A DNA stretch of 63,372 nt, the filler included. It is 6 parts of 6 records of this genome, joined end to end, with 100 filler letters (N's around TTAATTAATTAA, not from the genome) between each part and the next. Parts side by side here need not be neighbours in the genome. Positions count along the whole stretch, not along the records: positions 30,108 to 41,122 come from SRR31156797_7415; positions 41,223 to 57,770 come from SRR31156797_7430; 4 more parts are not named here. One strand, 5' to 3'. The notes below the pieces were generated by a model. That model made no database searches and was not told where the DNA came from. It saw only the letters and a list, made by a program, of their open reading frames with translations. The translations under genes were made by a program, and so were the position numbers. Position 1 is the stretch's first letter. Each line of letters opens with the position of its first letter. This document shows, piece by piece, positions 39,070 to 49,308 of this stretch.

Positions 39070-40500
39070 CTATACCTTTACTACTCCTTCAGCACCTAAG
39101 ACATCTTTGTACTTAATCAGAAAATCATTAACATGTTGGGACAGATAGCTTTCGCATTGCTTCTCGCATCTTCCAATAAATGCTTTTGCATCAATAATCG
39201 TATCAATTTCATCAGCTATACTGCTGAACGCTTCATCCTCTTTTATCCTTTTAATCAGGTCATTTTCAAGTCCTTCTACCTTTACTCTGGCACCTGCTGC
39301 CATAGAGTGCTCTCTTATCTTTTCGTGAAGTTCCTGCCTATTGCCGCCCGCTTTAACCGCTGCCATGAGTATTCTCTCAGTTGCCATAAATGGAAGCTCC
39401 TGCATTACTCTCTTTGCTATCATCTTATCATATACAACCATATTCGTTGCAATATTGTCATAAATATTAAGTATTGCATCTACTGCCAGAAATGCCTGAG
39501 GTATACTTAATCTTCTATTTGCAGAATCATCCAGAGTACGCTCCAGCCATTGAACTGATGCTGTCTGTGCAGGACTTGAAGCCAGTGACAGCACAAATCT
39601 TGATAATGAATTTATTCTCTCGCTTCTCATTGGATTTCTTTTGTATGCCATAGCCGATGATCCTATCTGTTTTGCAGCAAAAGGCTCTTCAACTTCTTTT
39701 AAGTTTTGCAGCAGTCTCAAATCATTTGCAAATTTTGCTGCTGACTGAGCAATAAGTGCCAAAGCATTTATCATTAATGTATCAAACTTTCTTGGATATG
39801 TCTGACCTGTAACAGGATAATAATCACTATATCCCATCTTCTGGCATACCAATTCTTCCAGCTTAATAACTTTGTCATCATCACCATTAAATAATGCCAG
39901 AAAACTATCCTGTGTTCCTGTTGTACCCTTCACACCTCTTAGCTTGATTTTACTCTTTAGTCCTTCCAGCTCCTCCAAGTCCATCATTAGTTCCTGAATC
40001 CAGAGAGTGGCTCTTTTCCCAACAGTAGTCAGCTGGGCAGGCTGGAAATGAGTAAAGCCTAAAGTAGGCATTGCTTTGTACTGCTTAGTAAATTTTGCCA
40101 GCTTGTCAATTACATTAACTAAGCGAGTAATTATTATATCCAGTGCTTCACTCATAACAATAATATCAGTATTATCCCCTACAAAGCAGCTAGTTGCACC
40201 TAAATGTATTATGCCTTTTGCATTTTGGCACTGTACCCCATATGCATAAACATGACTCATAACATCATGACGCACCTCTTTTTCCCTTTCTTTGGCTACC
40301 TCATAATTAATAACATCCTTATATTTTTCCATTTCTGCAATCTGTTCGTCTGAAATTGATAAACCTAGTTCCTTTTGGCTCTTAGCCAACGCAATCCATA
40401 GTTTGCGCCAAGTTCTAAACTTATTATCATCAGAGAAACAGTAACTCATCTCATCAGATGAATATCTAGTAATCAATGGATTTTGGTATGAATTATTCAT
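39070..40500 (-). CDS. purB: Adenylosuccinate lyase
   Basis: RHDVMSHV, IHLGATS, GFTHFQPAQ, and the signature GSSAMAYKRNPMRSE. Confidence 0.96.
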   Translation of the reverse strand: MNNSYQNPLITRYSSDEMSYCFSDDNKFRTWRKLWIALAKSQKELGLSISDEQIAEMEKYKDVINYEVAKEREKEVRHDVMSHVYAYGVQCQNAKGIIHLGATSCFVGDNTDIIVMSEALDIIITRLVNVIDKLAKFTKQYKAMPTLGFTHFQPAQLTTVGKRATLWIQELMMDLEELEGLKSKIKLRGVKGTTGTQDSFLALFNGDDDKVIKLEELVCQKMGYSDYYPVTGQTYPRKFDTLMINALALIAQSAAKFANDLRLLQNLKEVEEPFAAKQIGSSAMAYKRNPMRSERINSLSRFVLSLASSPAQTASVQWLERTLDDSANRRLSIPQAFLAVDAILNIYDNIATNMVVYDKMIAKRVMQELPFMATERILMAAVKAGGNRQELHEKIREHSMAAGARVKVEGLENDLIKRIKEDEAFSSIADEIDTIIDAKAFIGRCEKQCESYLSQHVNDFLIKYKDVLGAEGVVKV

Positions 40501-40527
40501 ATGAACTCCTTTATATGTTTAAAGCAA

Positions 40528-40591
40528 ATAATCACTCTAAAGTGATTATAGCTGATACAAATGCAAAGGGCTGTTCCTAAAGAACAACCCT
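40528..40591 (-). terminator. Two stem-loops between rpsR and purB
   Basis: AGGGCTGTTC-CTAAA-GAACAACCCT (40567-40591) and ATAATCACT-CTAA-AGTGATTAT (40528-40549). Confidence 0.55.
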
Positions 40592-40598
40592 ATAATTA

Positions 40599-40835
40599 TT
40601 ACTCGCCTGTGTATGGTAGAAGTGCCATTTGTCTGGCACGCTTAATAGCAGTAGCAAGCCATCTTTGGTGCTTTGCACAGCATCCAGACATTCTGCGAGG
40701 GTAAATCTTACCACTCTCGCTTATGTACCTCTTTAGCTTTGCAACATCTTTGTAGTCAATTTCTGTTGCTTTATCTACACAAAAAGAACAAACTTTTCTT
40801 TTACGAGACTTATGTCTATATGAATTATCTGCCAT
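40599..40835 (-). CDS. rpsR: 30S ribosomal protein S18 (zinc-binding form)
   Basis: KVCSFC, IDYKD, SESGKI.PRR.SG, AKHQR...AIKRAR.MALLPY. Confidence 0.97.
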   Translation of the reverse strand: MADNSYRHKSRKRKVCSFCVDKATEIDYKDVAKLKRYISESGKIYPRRMSGCCAKHQRWLATAIKRARQMALLPYTGE

Positions 40836-40869
40836 GATAATACTCCTTTCCTATCATAGTCTAGGAATC

Positions 40870-41122
40870 CTAGAAGGGCATTTCCTCCTGAATCTCCTGC
40901 ATTTGTGAACTATCATTAGGTGTTCCGTATGAATTATCTGACTGTGCTGAAGTACCGCCAGAATTATTACTTCTTAAGAACTGTACTTCATCAGCAATTA
41001 TCTCAGTAATATAACGCTTTGTACCATCCTTTGCATCATAGCTTCTGTTCTGAATAGTACCTGCAATACCTACCTGAGAACCCTTACGCAAGTATTTTGC
41101 AGCATTTTCTGCCTGCTTTCTC
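40870..41122 (-). CDS. ssb: Single-stranded DNA-binding protein, 3' part (partial)
   Basis: [19 protein letters not shown]...[11 protein letters not shown], acidic tail EEMPF; ssb-rpsR order. Confidence 0.95.
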
Positions 41123-41222
41123 NNNNNNNNNNNNNNNNNNNNNNNNNNNNNNNNNNNNNNNNNNNNTTAATTAATTAANNNNNNNNNNNNNNNNNNNNNN
41201 NNNNNNNNNNNNNNNNNNNNNN
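41123..41222. other. Artificial contig linker
   Basis: 44 N + TTAATTAATTAA + 44 N. Confidence 0.98.
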
Positions 41223-41223
41223 T

Positions 41224-41358
41224 GAAGACTTCTTAAAGATCGGAGGATTTATAAGCGAAGACACAATCGGTTACGTGATGCCCAGGGAGCGTAGCATTGA
41301 CATTGACGACGCTGTTGACCTGAGGCTGGCCGAATTCATGCTGTCCGAGATTGAATAA
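41224..41358 (+). CDS. Acylneuraminate cytidylyltransferase (NeuA-like), 3' end (partial)
   Basis: EDFLKIGGFISEDTIGYVMPRERSIDIDDAVDLRLAEFMLSEIE*; YxMxxxxSxDID is the CMP-NulO synthetase C-terminal motif; not in the ORF track. Confidence 0.82.
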   Translation, partial: EDFLKIGGFISEDTIGYVMPRERSIDIDDAVDLRLAEFMLSEIE

Positions 41359-41387
41359 TAAATAATAAACATACGGGATTGGTTGTA

Positions 41388-42155
41388 ATGAATATTAATT
41401 TGAATAACATGGTTGCGGTTGTCACCGGCGGCGCCGGTACGCTTGGGTCTCAGATAAGTAAGAAACTGGCTCGGGCCGGCGCCAGGGTCGTGGTTGCTTC
41501 GAGAAATCTTTCCAAGTGCCAAAAGCTGGTGGACGAATTACACAATGAATCTCTTACAGCCATGGCCCTGGAAATGGACGTCAGCGATGAAGTCAGTGTA
41601 GCCGGGGCCCTGGATAAAATACTCGCGGATTGGGGAACAGTGAACATTCTGGTTAATAACGCCGGAGTATCCACGTCCACAAGAGTGGAAGACATGACAG
41701 TCGCAGAGTGGAATGAAGTCATGTCCGTCAACTGCACCGGGGTGTTCATATGTTCCAAGGTTTTTTCAAAACCGATGATATCTTCCGGGGGGGGAGTTAT
41801 CATAAATGTCGGTTCAATTTATGGGTCAGTTTCGCCCAACTTTTCTCTATATAACGACGACCGCCGGTTGAGCCCCATGGTTTACGGCGCCGGCAAGGCG
41901 GCTATTGTTCAGATGACCAGATATATGGCGGTATACTGGGCTGAAAAGAATATCAGGGTAAACTGCATCAGTCCCGGCGGCGTCTATAATGGACACGAGC
42001 AGGAATTTATAGAAAGTTACGGCAGGCTGACGCCGATGAACCGCATGGCGGACAGGGAAGAAATAGACGGCTTGGTGGTTTTTCTGGCATCCGATGCCGC
42101 GGGTTATATTACCGGCCAGAATATATTGGTTGACGGCGGATGGACCGCCTGGTGA
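41388..42155 (+). CDS. SDR family oxidoreductase (PtmA-like)
   Basis: TGGAGTLG, NNAG, GSIYG, catalytic YGAGK, IRVNCISPGG, TGQNILVDGGWT; follows the neuA-like gene. Confidence 0.88.
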   Translation: MNINLNNMVAVVTGGAGTLGSQISKKLARAGARVVVASRNLSKCQKLVDELHNESLTAMALEMDVSDEVSVAGALDKILADWGTVNILVNNAGVSTSTRVEDMTVAEWNEVMSVNCTGVFICSKVFSKPMISSGGGVIINVGSIYGSVSPNFSLYNDDRRLSPMVYGAGKAAIVQMTRYMAVYWAEKNIRVNCISPGGVYNGHEQEFIESYGRLTPMNRMADREEIDGLVVFLASDAAGYITGQNILVDGGWTAW

Positions 42156-42221
42156 TGGTTGTGGAATTTATATATCTCAAACATATTGAGGCATGCTTTA
42201 ACAAAGGAATATAACCCGGCC

Positions 42222-43640
42222 ATGGATTTTATTTTAGCCTATCCGCCTCCCTGGTCTTCTCCCACGCTGAAGAACCCCTACCTCCCTTTTGGCGGTCTGT
42301 ATTTGGCGGAAGCCTTATTGCGACGCGGATATGAAACCGCAATACTGGTTGGAACCATGGACGAGGTCAAAGCAGGTCTTAAACAACACGTTCATGACGG
42401 CGTAATGGCTGTAGGCATATCAACAATGTCCGGCAAGCAACTGGCCAATGCCCTGAAGTTGGCAGAATTTATAAGAACGAATTGGCCGGTTGTCCCGATA
42501 ATTTGGGGCGGGTCCCATGTGACGCTGACGCCTGAACAGAGCATTTGCGATGAATTGTGCGATTATATTGTCTGGGGCGAGGGCGAAGGTTCGCTGCCTT
42601 TGCTGCTGGATTGCCTGAGAATCGGGCAAGAGCCTTTAGATGTCAAGGGCATCGGGTATAAAAAGGAAGGCGTTCCAATTGTTACCGAAAACAGCGGATA
42701 CACATCCCTGGCCGGAACCTTCAAGCTGCCGTATCATCTTCTGGACATGGAAACCTATGCCCGGAAGCTTATCATCGGCATGGAACGTTGCTTCAATATT
42801 TTTACTTCCAGGGGCTGTCCATTTCGTTGCCGATTCTGCGCCAATGCAAGCACGGTTTGGCCTAACACACGTATCAGATACCATGCCATTGACCATATTA
42901 TGAACGACATCGAGGTTCTGATAAATGACTACCAGGCTGACGGCCTGTTGATAGCGGATGAAAACTTTTTTGTGGTTGAAAAAAGAATCCATGAGTTGTG
43001 CACGGCTATTATTAAAAGGGGCTTTAATAAAATTAAATACAGGGCCGTGGCAAGGTTTGACCAGCTGAGCCGCTTGAGCGACACCACGTATCAACTGATG
43101 AAGGAGGCAAATTTTATTGCTATTGGTGGAGGCGTGGAATCGGGATCTCAAAGAATTCTGGACTACATCGGAAAGGGCATAACAGTCGAACAAATTATCG
43201 AGGCTGATGAGAAATTGACCAGGCACGGCTTTTATAAAAACTTTCGTTTCATGGCCGGAGTTCCCACCGAAACAATTGAGGATATTAAGCAAACTCTATC
43301 TTTACTGATTCGATTAGCCGGAACAAGCCGGTACTGTCCGTTTCCTTTTAGCTGGGGCAACTATATACCTTTCCCCGGGTCCGAACTTTATGATGAGGCG
43401 ATCAAACATGGTTTCCAGCCTCCGCAAAGTCTGCGGGAATGGGCTTACGGATATGATTTTGACGACCTTGAAGGTTCCATGAGCGTGGTCCGCCCATGGG
43501 TTAAGGGGGCGTATAAGGACCTTCTATTGCAGGCCAACCAATTGTGCGCCAAGCTGAACAGCCTGTATCGCGGAAATGATTCCGACGAAAAGGAAATCAT
43601 GTCCGTTGTCAAGGAAATTGGAAAACTCGCCTTTAGCTGA
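42222..43640 (+). CDS. B12-binding radical SAM protein
   Basis: Likely start MDFILAYPP; PFGGLYLA, IWGGSH, GEGE, TSRGCPFRCRFC, GVESGSQRIL. Confidence 0.9.
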   Translation: MDFILAYPPPWSSPTLKNPYLPFGGLYLAEALLRRGYETAILVGTMDEVKAGLKQHVHDGVMAVGISTMSGKQLANALKLAEFIRTNWPVVPIIWGGSHVTLTPEQSICDELCDYIVWGEGEGSLPLLLDCLRIGQEPLDVKGIGYKKEGVPIVTENSGYTSLAGTFKLPYHLLDMETYARKLIIGMERCFNIFTSRGCPFRCRFCANASTVWPNTRIRYHAIDHIMNDIEVLINDYQADGLLIADENFFVVEKRIHELCTAIIKRGFNKIKYRAVARFDQLSRLSDTTYQLMKEANFIAIGGGVESGSQRILDYIGKGITVEQIIEADEKLTRHGFYKNFRFMAGVPTETIEDIKQTLSLLIRLAGTSRYCPFPFSWGNYIPFPGSELYDEAIKHGFQPPQSLREWAYGYDFDDLEGSMSVVRPWVKGAYKDLLLQANQLCAKLNSLYRGNDSDEKEIMSVVKEIGKLAFS

Positions 43641-43646
43641 AACGGC

Positions 43647-45287
43647 TTAATCCAGCACGTCAAAGTTTATCAGGCGGGGCAGGCCCGCATCCAGGCTGCG
43701 CTTGAAATTTCTGAAAAACGGGTCCTCTTCCGGCAGGTTGCTTTTGAGCAGGAAAGCCATGTGCTTCCACATCTCATCTACTTCAAAGTAACCATAATAA
43801 GGCATATAAAGGCACTTGATGCTGGCGATTACTCTTTCGTAATAGAACCACATCGTGGCCAGTTCTTTTTGTTCGTTGGAAGGAGCGAAAAATTCCGGGT
43901 CCTGCACCAGGGCTTGTTCATACTCCGACCGGGTAGGTAGGGAATTAACAAATCCCCAGTCGGAATACAGGGACTGCCCGCTGAGAATTGTTGTAACTCC
44001 ATGAGGGACCGATTGAAAAGCCACACTGCCCCTGGCCGTGGTGACAACATCCGAGGCGGAAATAACTTCCGTGGGCGTCAGTTCGTCCAGAATAAACTTT
44101 ATGTGCGAATATTCCCTCACTTTTGAAGAAAGTTCATCCACGGCTTTTAAACCGTCATAATGAAACCAGTGCGGGTGCTGTTTGAAAATCCAGTTCTTTT
44201 CCGGGTGATTAATAGCCAATTCCAAAACAGCCGTTGTCCACTCGTAATAATCATCGTAAACATGTTCGTCAAAATATGGGCTGTCTGCCAGGCAATGCAA
44301 AAATGTGCTGACCGTCTTTTTATTTTTATCCAGGTCCAGTTTTCCCAAGACCCGCCGTCGAATTTCATCTCTTGTTCCTTCAACTTCGTCTTGAGGCCAC
44401 CAGGTGGGCATATAAAAACTGCCGTTATAAATGCGCTTTTGATAATTCTGGGCCAATTCAAGAACCTTGTCCTTTTTGGGTTCTATAACATTTTTCAGAA
44501 CGTGACGATCGGCGTCCCTCAGCAGCGTGCCTACATAATCGGCGTCAGGCTTTGATGAAGAGTCGCGCGATACAATATAGGACGACATGTTTGCATCAGC
44601 CCTGAATTGGAAAATTTTGGCGCCGAAATCCATGGCAATGTGGGCCAGCAAACCGTGGCTGCTATAAGAAATGTGACCCGCAACCACGCCGAATACTCCA
44701 TGTTCGGTAAACAGTTTTTTATAGTATTCGTAAAAAAGAAAGGTTTCCAATATGTAACCGACGGCCTTATCGTCGAATTCGGGAATACGATGAACGTGCA
44801 GGTATCGCACGACCGATTCATAAATGAACCGGCCCAGGGGAAGGCCTGAAGAATCCCTGAACTGCAATAAAAATCTCATAACCTGATCCGGAGTGAGTTT
44901 TCTAAACTGCTGAACAAGCTTGTTGACAATTAATTGCACTTCCGGCTTATTGACCTGTTGCAGGTCTATTTCAATAATCCGGTCAAGCCCGAATGAGTCC
45001 GCCAGGGCTTTCATGGTTCCGAAATTGTATTGACTGGATGAATCTTCCTTTCTGAAAAATCCAAGATCGCCGGTTAATCCGATTACCGGGCAGCCATAAT
45101 ACTTCTGTAAGGATTTTCCGATAAACAGCGATCTTAAGATATACGGAGGATAATCATGAAGAAGATCCAGGAAAATGGCCCCTTTTTCCGGAGAAGGCTT
45201 GGCGGGCGCTTCATCCTCACGCCAGAATAAATTGTTTACATGGCAGTACCAATTAAATTCTTCTGCAACACTTTTACTGATCTCCAT
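43647..45287 (-). CDS. Capsule-biosynthesis-like protein, possible nonulosonate transferase
   Basis: WIFKQHPH and SDVVTT.RGSV motifs resemble GT-B capsule/sialyl/Kdo transferases; supported by cluster context. Confidence 0.5.
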   Translation of the reverse strand: MEISKSVAEEFNWYCHVNNLFWREDEAPAKPSPEKGAIFLDLLHDYPPYILRSLFIGKSLQKYYGCPVIGLTGDLGFFRKEDSSSQYNFGTMKALADSFGLDRIIEIDLQQVNKPEVQLIVNKLVQQFRKLTPDQVMRFLLQFRDSSGLPLGRFIYESVVRYLHVHRIPEFDDKAVGYILETFLFYEYYKKLFTEHGVFGVVAGHISYSSHGLLAHIAMDFGAKIFQFRADANMSSYIVSRDSSSKPDADYVGTLLRDADRHVLKNVIEPKKDKVLELAQNYQKRIYNGSFYMPTWWPQDEVEGTRDEIRRRVLGKLDLDKNKKTVSTFLHCLADSPYFDEHVYDDYYEWTTAVLELAINHPEKNWIFKQHPHWFHYDGLKAVDELSSKVREYSHIKFILDELTPTEVISASDVVTTARGSVAFQSVPHGVTTILSGQSLYSDWGFVNSLPTRSEYEQALVQDPEFFAPSNEQKELATMWFYYERVIASIKCLYMPYYGYFEVDEMWKHMAFLLKSNLPEEDPFFRNFKRSLDAGLPRLINFDVLD

Positions 45288-45301
45288 ATCGGAGCATCCT
45301 C

Positions 45302-46306
45302 CTAATCGGATTTCGGCTGCATCAAAAGCCGCTGATATATTTCTTCCGCATGATCATCAAGATAATCCGGATGGGTTTCCATGTACGTACAAACGGCGCA
45401 AGCCGGTTTTTTTCTTCTCTGTTTCAAAAGATGCATTTCCCTCAGTTCAAATAAATTCCTGCCGTTCCAAACATCCCCGAAGGATTTTGATTTCAGATCT
45501 CCGACTATAACGCCATGCGACCAGTCCACACAACAGGCAGAGACGGAACCGTTGAAATTTGCCGCCAGGGAATAAAAAGGCGATGCGCAGACTTCTTTTT
45601 TATCCCAGTCTCTATTCTTTAATATTTTTGAGATATCATAGTTCGGCGTAAAATCCTTTACTCCGGATAGCGACCAGCCGGAATAAGACTCAAAATAGCA
45701 TTCGTCGGTAATCGGACCGAATATTTTCGTGAATATGTCTTTTTCATCCATTGTCAGTCCGGCGTCAATCATTTTAGCCAAGACTTTCATGTTTGCCTTA
45801 TGTTCGTGCAGATAAGATATGTTGTGTAGAAAATCGTCATAATCCAGATTAACGCCTGAAAGCTTTTGATAGCCTTCCATGGTTAAGGCTTCAACCGATA
45901 TTCTTATGCCGTCCAACCCGGAATCTATTAGTTTATCAGCCAAACCCGGATTAATAAGGGCGCCGTTGGTGGTAGTCCAGACTTCGTCCGCAATCATGGC
46001 TTCCTTGGCATATGAAACCATTTCAGGAAAATCACGGTGCAGCAACGGTTCGCCGTCCTTGTATAGCAGAAGAGTTTTCAGCCTGCCGCCTGTTTCATCA
46101 AGAAAATGGCGGATGCCGTCTATTATCTTACGATAAAGGTCCATCTCCATATAACCACGCGGCACATTAAAACGTTTTAAAAGCTCGCGATCACCGGTCG
46201 GGCAAAAGACGCATTTGAAATTGCAGTGATTGGTCGGTTCAATAATTACGGAAAACGGCGTCTGTAAAGGAATTAACTTTGAAAGATCGGACCGCGGCTT
46301 ATTCAT
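45302..46306 (-). CDS. Radical SAM protein with SPASM/twitch domain
   Basis: EPTNHCNFKCVFC, GEPLLH, TTNG, C-terminal C..PF...G.VSACC, C..C. Confidence 0.9.
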   Translation of the reverse strand: MNKPRSDLSKLIPLQTPFSVIIEPTNHCNFKCVFCPTGDRELLKRFNVPRGYMEMDLYRKIIDGIRHFLDETGGRLKTLLLYKDGEPLLHRDFPEMVSYAKEAMIADEVWTTTNGALINPGLADKLIDSGLDGIRISVEALTMEGYQKLSGVNLDYDDFLHNISYLHEHKANMKVLAKMIDAGLTMDEKDIFTKIFGPITDECYFESYSGWSLSGVKDFTPNYDISKILKNRDWDKKEVCASPFYSLAANFNGSVSACCVDWSHGVIVGDLKSKSFGDVWNGRNLFELREMHLLKQRRKKPACAVCTYMETHPDYLDDHAEEIYQRLLMQPKSD

Positions 46307-46348
46307 GACCCGCTCCCCGAGTAAACCTGTTGAGTATACCTTGTTGTT

Positions 46349-47479
46349 TTAGTCATTAATATCAAGATCCAATTCAGCCATTCTTTGTAGGAGCATATTG
46401 TATTTCCGCTCCCGACTGTCAGGGTCGGAACTCTGAGAATTAGCCAGGGCTGGAGCATACCGGGCCGCCTGCCGGACAATTGCTTCGCGGGCGAATTCAT
46501 CATATCGCCTGATATCGTATTCCGGATCGAAACGGCAATTACAGTTGGAGCATAAAACGCCGTTTTTTTCCACTTCCTGAAAATCCCGGTTTAAATGTGC
46601 GCAACGGAATTGCCGGTAGGCATCTCCCGACCAAATTTCGTGAAGAGTTGACTTTTCCGCCCAACCGGCCGGCCAGACCACATTGTAATCCAGGGGGCAG
46701 CAACAAACGCTCCCGTCCGCGTTTACAGTTATATTCTCCCACGGAACCCGGCAAACAGGCGAATCATCATCTAGTTCTTCGGATACGGGCGGCAGGACGA
46801 CTTCGCCCGCGGCCCTGGAGCCGCCGGACATGTTAAGCAAGGGGCTGACAAATACCGTATTTACCGGCAGTTCGTTGAAGTAAGCCTGGTAATCGGCTAT
46901 GTGTTCCAGGGTTGCTTGCTGTTTGATAATGGAAACGCAAACGAAAACAGGCCAACCCGCCATGTAATTAAGGCGGAGAAAGTTAAGCAGGTTGGCTAAT
47001 GTCGGTTCAAATCGGGCCCTTTGGCGAATTTTTTCATACAATTCTTTTTCAACCGCATCAAAGGAAAACACTATTCTGTCAAGGCCAGCTTCAATCAGGC
47101 GGCTGCTCTTATCATTATCCAGCAAAGTAGCGTTAGTAAGCAGGGATACATTGCAGCCGGCTTTTTTGGCATAGTCGACCATGTCCAGTATCCGTGGGTG
47201 AAGCATTGGTTCGCCTTGCACATCAAGCGTTATTTGGGTTTGAGCCGGACCTATTTCATCAATGACTTTTGTATATACATCCCATTCAAGAATACGGGGC
47301 GGACGGGTCATGCTTTCCTGGACACAGTGTATACACCTAAGGTTGCAGGCGTTTGTCGGTTCAATATGGACGTGATGCGGAAACCGGGGCGGATCATCCG
47401 AAAGATTCCGAACATATTCCAACTGGTCCATTATTCTGTTAACTATTTTTCTGAATCCATCCAATGGTTCTTTTTCCAT
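46349..47479 (-). CDS. Radical SAM protein with SPASM/twitch domain
   Basis: Likely start MEKEPLDG; EPTNACNLRCIHC, GEPMLHP, LTNAT, CRVPW...DGSVCCC, CSNC. Confidence 0.9.
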   Translation of the reverse strand: MEKEPLDGFRKIVNRIMDQLEYVRNLSDDPPRFPHHVHIEPTNACNLRCIHCVQESMTRPPRILEWDVYTKVIDEIGPAQTQITLDVQGEPMLHPRILDMVDYAKKAGCNVSLLTNATLLDNDKSSRLIEAGLDRIVFSFDAVEKELYEKIRQRARFEPTLANLLNFLRLNYMAGWPVFVCVSIIKQQATLEHIADYQAYFNELPVNTVFVSPLLNMSGGSRAAGEVVLPPVSEELDDDSPVCRVPWENITVNADGSVCCCPLDYNVVWPAGWAEKSTLHEIWSGDAYRQFRCAHLNRDFQEVEKNGVLCSNCNCRFDPEYDIRRYDEFAREAIVRQAARYAPALANSQSSDPDSRERKYNMLLQRMAELDLDIND

Positions 47480-47489
47480 TCCGCAACCT

Positions 47490-48560
47490 TTATTCAACCA
47501 TATCCGGAGTAATGATTTCATCCCCGGCAACAGGCCTTTTGAGCCTCTTGCCCAATATCAAATTGATATCCCTGTCCCTTAGCCCGGTTCCAGGCCGTTT
47601 AAGAGTTAAATCCTCTCGCCTGACAATCCATCCCTTGGGGAGGTCCGAAGAGGCGGCCAGTGAGCGCCGGAAACTCTTCCTGATCTCAAGTTGCTTTCCT
47701 GAAGGCGCGATTTCTCCATTGCCCAGCACCTTTTCCAACCGTCGCACATTTTCAACCAGCTGCTTCAATTCAACCGGATCTGCGGAAAAAGAATGATCCG
47801 GCCCGGGCATGTTGCGGTCTATGGTGAAATGCTTTTCCAGAATGGAGGCGCCGAGGGCGACCGCGCCAAGAGCCGATGCTTCCCCCAAAGTGTGGTCCGA
47901 ATACCCGACAACGCCCCCGGTTATTTCTCTTAGTGTTGTAATCCGTTTTAGATTCGCGTCTTCATCAGGTGTGGGGTAAAGGGAAACGCAGTGCAGAAAT
48001 GCGGCTTGCCTGTGTTTCGCCTTCGCAAGAATGTTCAGGACATCCCGTATTTCCTCTTCGTCGGCCATGCCAGTGGAAAAAATAATCGGCAGGTCTCTGA
48101 CCACGATGTTTTCAACCAGGGGCAGGTTGATCAGGTCTTCCGAACTCAGCTTGAAAGCCTTTGCGCCGCATGATTCAGCCAGGTCGGCGCTGATAATGTC
48201 TGCTACGGATGTCAAGGGGATAAGCCCCTGCCGCCGCGCGCGGTCAAATAGTTCCTTATGCCAGTCCGGTGGAAGTTCAAGACGCTTGAACATTTCAAAC
48301 ATGTTTTCTTTAATATTTTCACCGCGGCTTTCATAACTGTAGTCCGATTTCCTGTCGGCCAGAAATTCCTCGGTGCGAAAAGTCTGAAACTTTATGCAGT
48401 CCGCTCCGCATTCCGCGGCTGCATCAACCATCTTTCTCGCGGTCTCCAGGTCTCCGTTGTGGTTGACGCCGGCTTCGGCAATAATAAAAACCTTGTTTCC
48501 GGGCCCTATTTCCCGGCCCTCTATGGTTATCTTATTTATATATTCCGAATCATGGACCAT
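47490..48560 (-). CDS. neuB: Nonulosonic acid synthase (NeuB/LegI/PseI family) with SAF domain
   Basis: IIAEAGVNHNGD, KFQTF, STGMA, LHCVS.YP, GYSDHT, EKHFT, GPDH, KRPGTG. Confidence 0.88.
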   Translation of the reverse strand: MVHDSEYINKITIEGREIGPGNKVFIIAEAGVNHNGDLETARKMVDAAAECGADCIKFQTFRTEEFLADRKSDYSYESRGENIKENMFEMFKRLELPPDWHKELFDRARRQGLIPLTSVADIISADLAESCGAKAFKLSSEDLINLPLVENIVVRDLPIIFSTGMADEEEIRDVLNILAKAKHRQAAFLHCVSLYPTPDEDANLKRITTLREITGGVVGYSDHTLGEASALGAVALGASILEKHFTIDRNMPGPDHSFSADPVELKQLVENVRRLEKVLGNGEIAPSGKQLEIRKSFRRSLAASSDLPKGWIVRREDLTLKRPGTGLRDRDINLILGKRLKRPVAGDEIITPDMVE

Positions 48561-49306
48561 AGGTCCTCCCTGGTTACATTATCCTTGATGAAGATAAACC
48601 GACTGTCCGGGCCGGCGTTAAACAAGAGATCGATAAACGACAGGTGCGAAATAAAGCCATCATAACGCTGTTGGTATGCAGGATGATTGTAATCCTGAAA
48701 ATGTACGCCAACGCCTTTAAGCTGAAAGTCTTCAACCCTGATATAGTTTCTACCCAAGGCGCCTGTTACCACTATGTCGGCTTTATATCGCAATGCATGC
48801 TCCAAAACCAGGTCTGACTTTTTCTCTTTAAAACATTCATCTGTTCCAATTATAACTTTGGCCTTTATTTGGAACCATTCGAAAATCCGATGCAATATGG
48901 TCAGGTTTAAATCAGCGAGAAAATGCCACCGGTTTTCAAGATACAACCACTCAAAAAATGGAGCATACGTCTTGAAGTAGGGGGCTTTTCCATAGGCCGA
49001 TCGAATGGCTTTCCAGTGCCTGTTTTGCCAGCATCGGTTGAAGTTCACTTTTTCATCAGCAATGAGAATATCGGCCAGCATCATGGATTTTGAGTTTTTC
49101 AGATCAACAGGCACGGTGAGCCAGGCCGGTTTACCGGTTGAAAACTTGATCCTGTTTCTATTGTTCCAATCTCCTGTAAGATATTGAACGTCATCCATGA
49201 AAACAAAGATATCGGCCAGCCAGGCCTTGTGAAGCAGACCCAGCCAGGGCAAGTACACAGGCTGATGGCCGCTGACGATAACAGGTATTTTATCAGTAGC
49301 ATTCAT
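48536..49306 (-). CDS. WbqC family protein
   Basis: HQPVYLPWLG, D.FVF.DDVQY, NRNRI, LTVPV, Y.KAPYF, HPAYQQ, LS.IDLLFN. Confidence 0.9.
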   Translation of the reverse strand: MNATDKIPVIVSGHQPVYLPWLGLLHKAWLADIFVFMDDVQYLTGDWNNRNRIKFSTGKPAWLTVPVDLKNSKSMMLADILIADEKVNFNRCWQNRHWKAIRSAYGKAPYFKTYAPFFEWLYLENRWHFLADLNLTILHRIFEWFQIKAKVIIGTDECFKEKKSDLVLEHALRYKADIVVTGALGRNYIRVEDFQLKGVGVHFQDYNHPAYQQRYDGFISHLSFIDLLFNAGPDSRFIFIKDNVTREDLWSMIRNI

Positions 49307-49308
49307 TA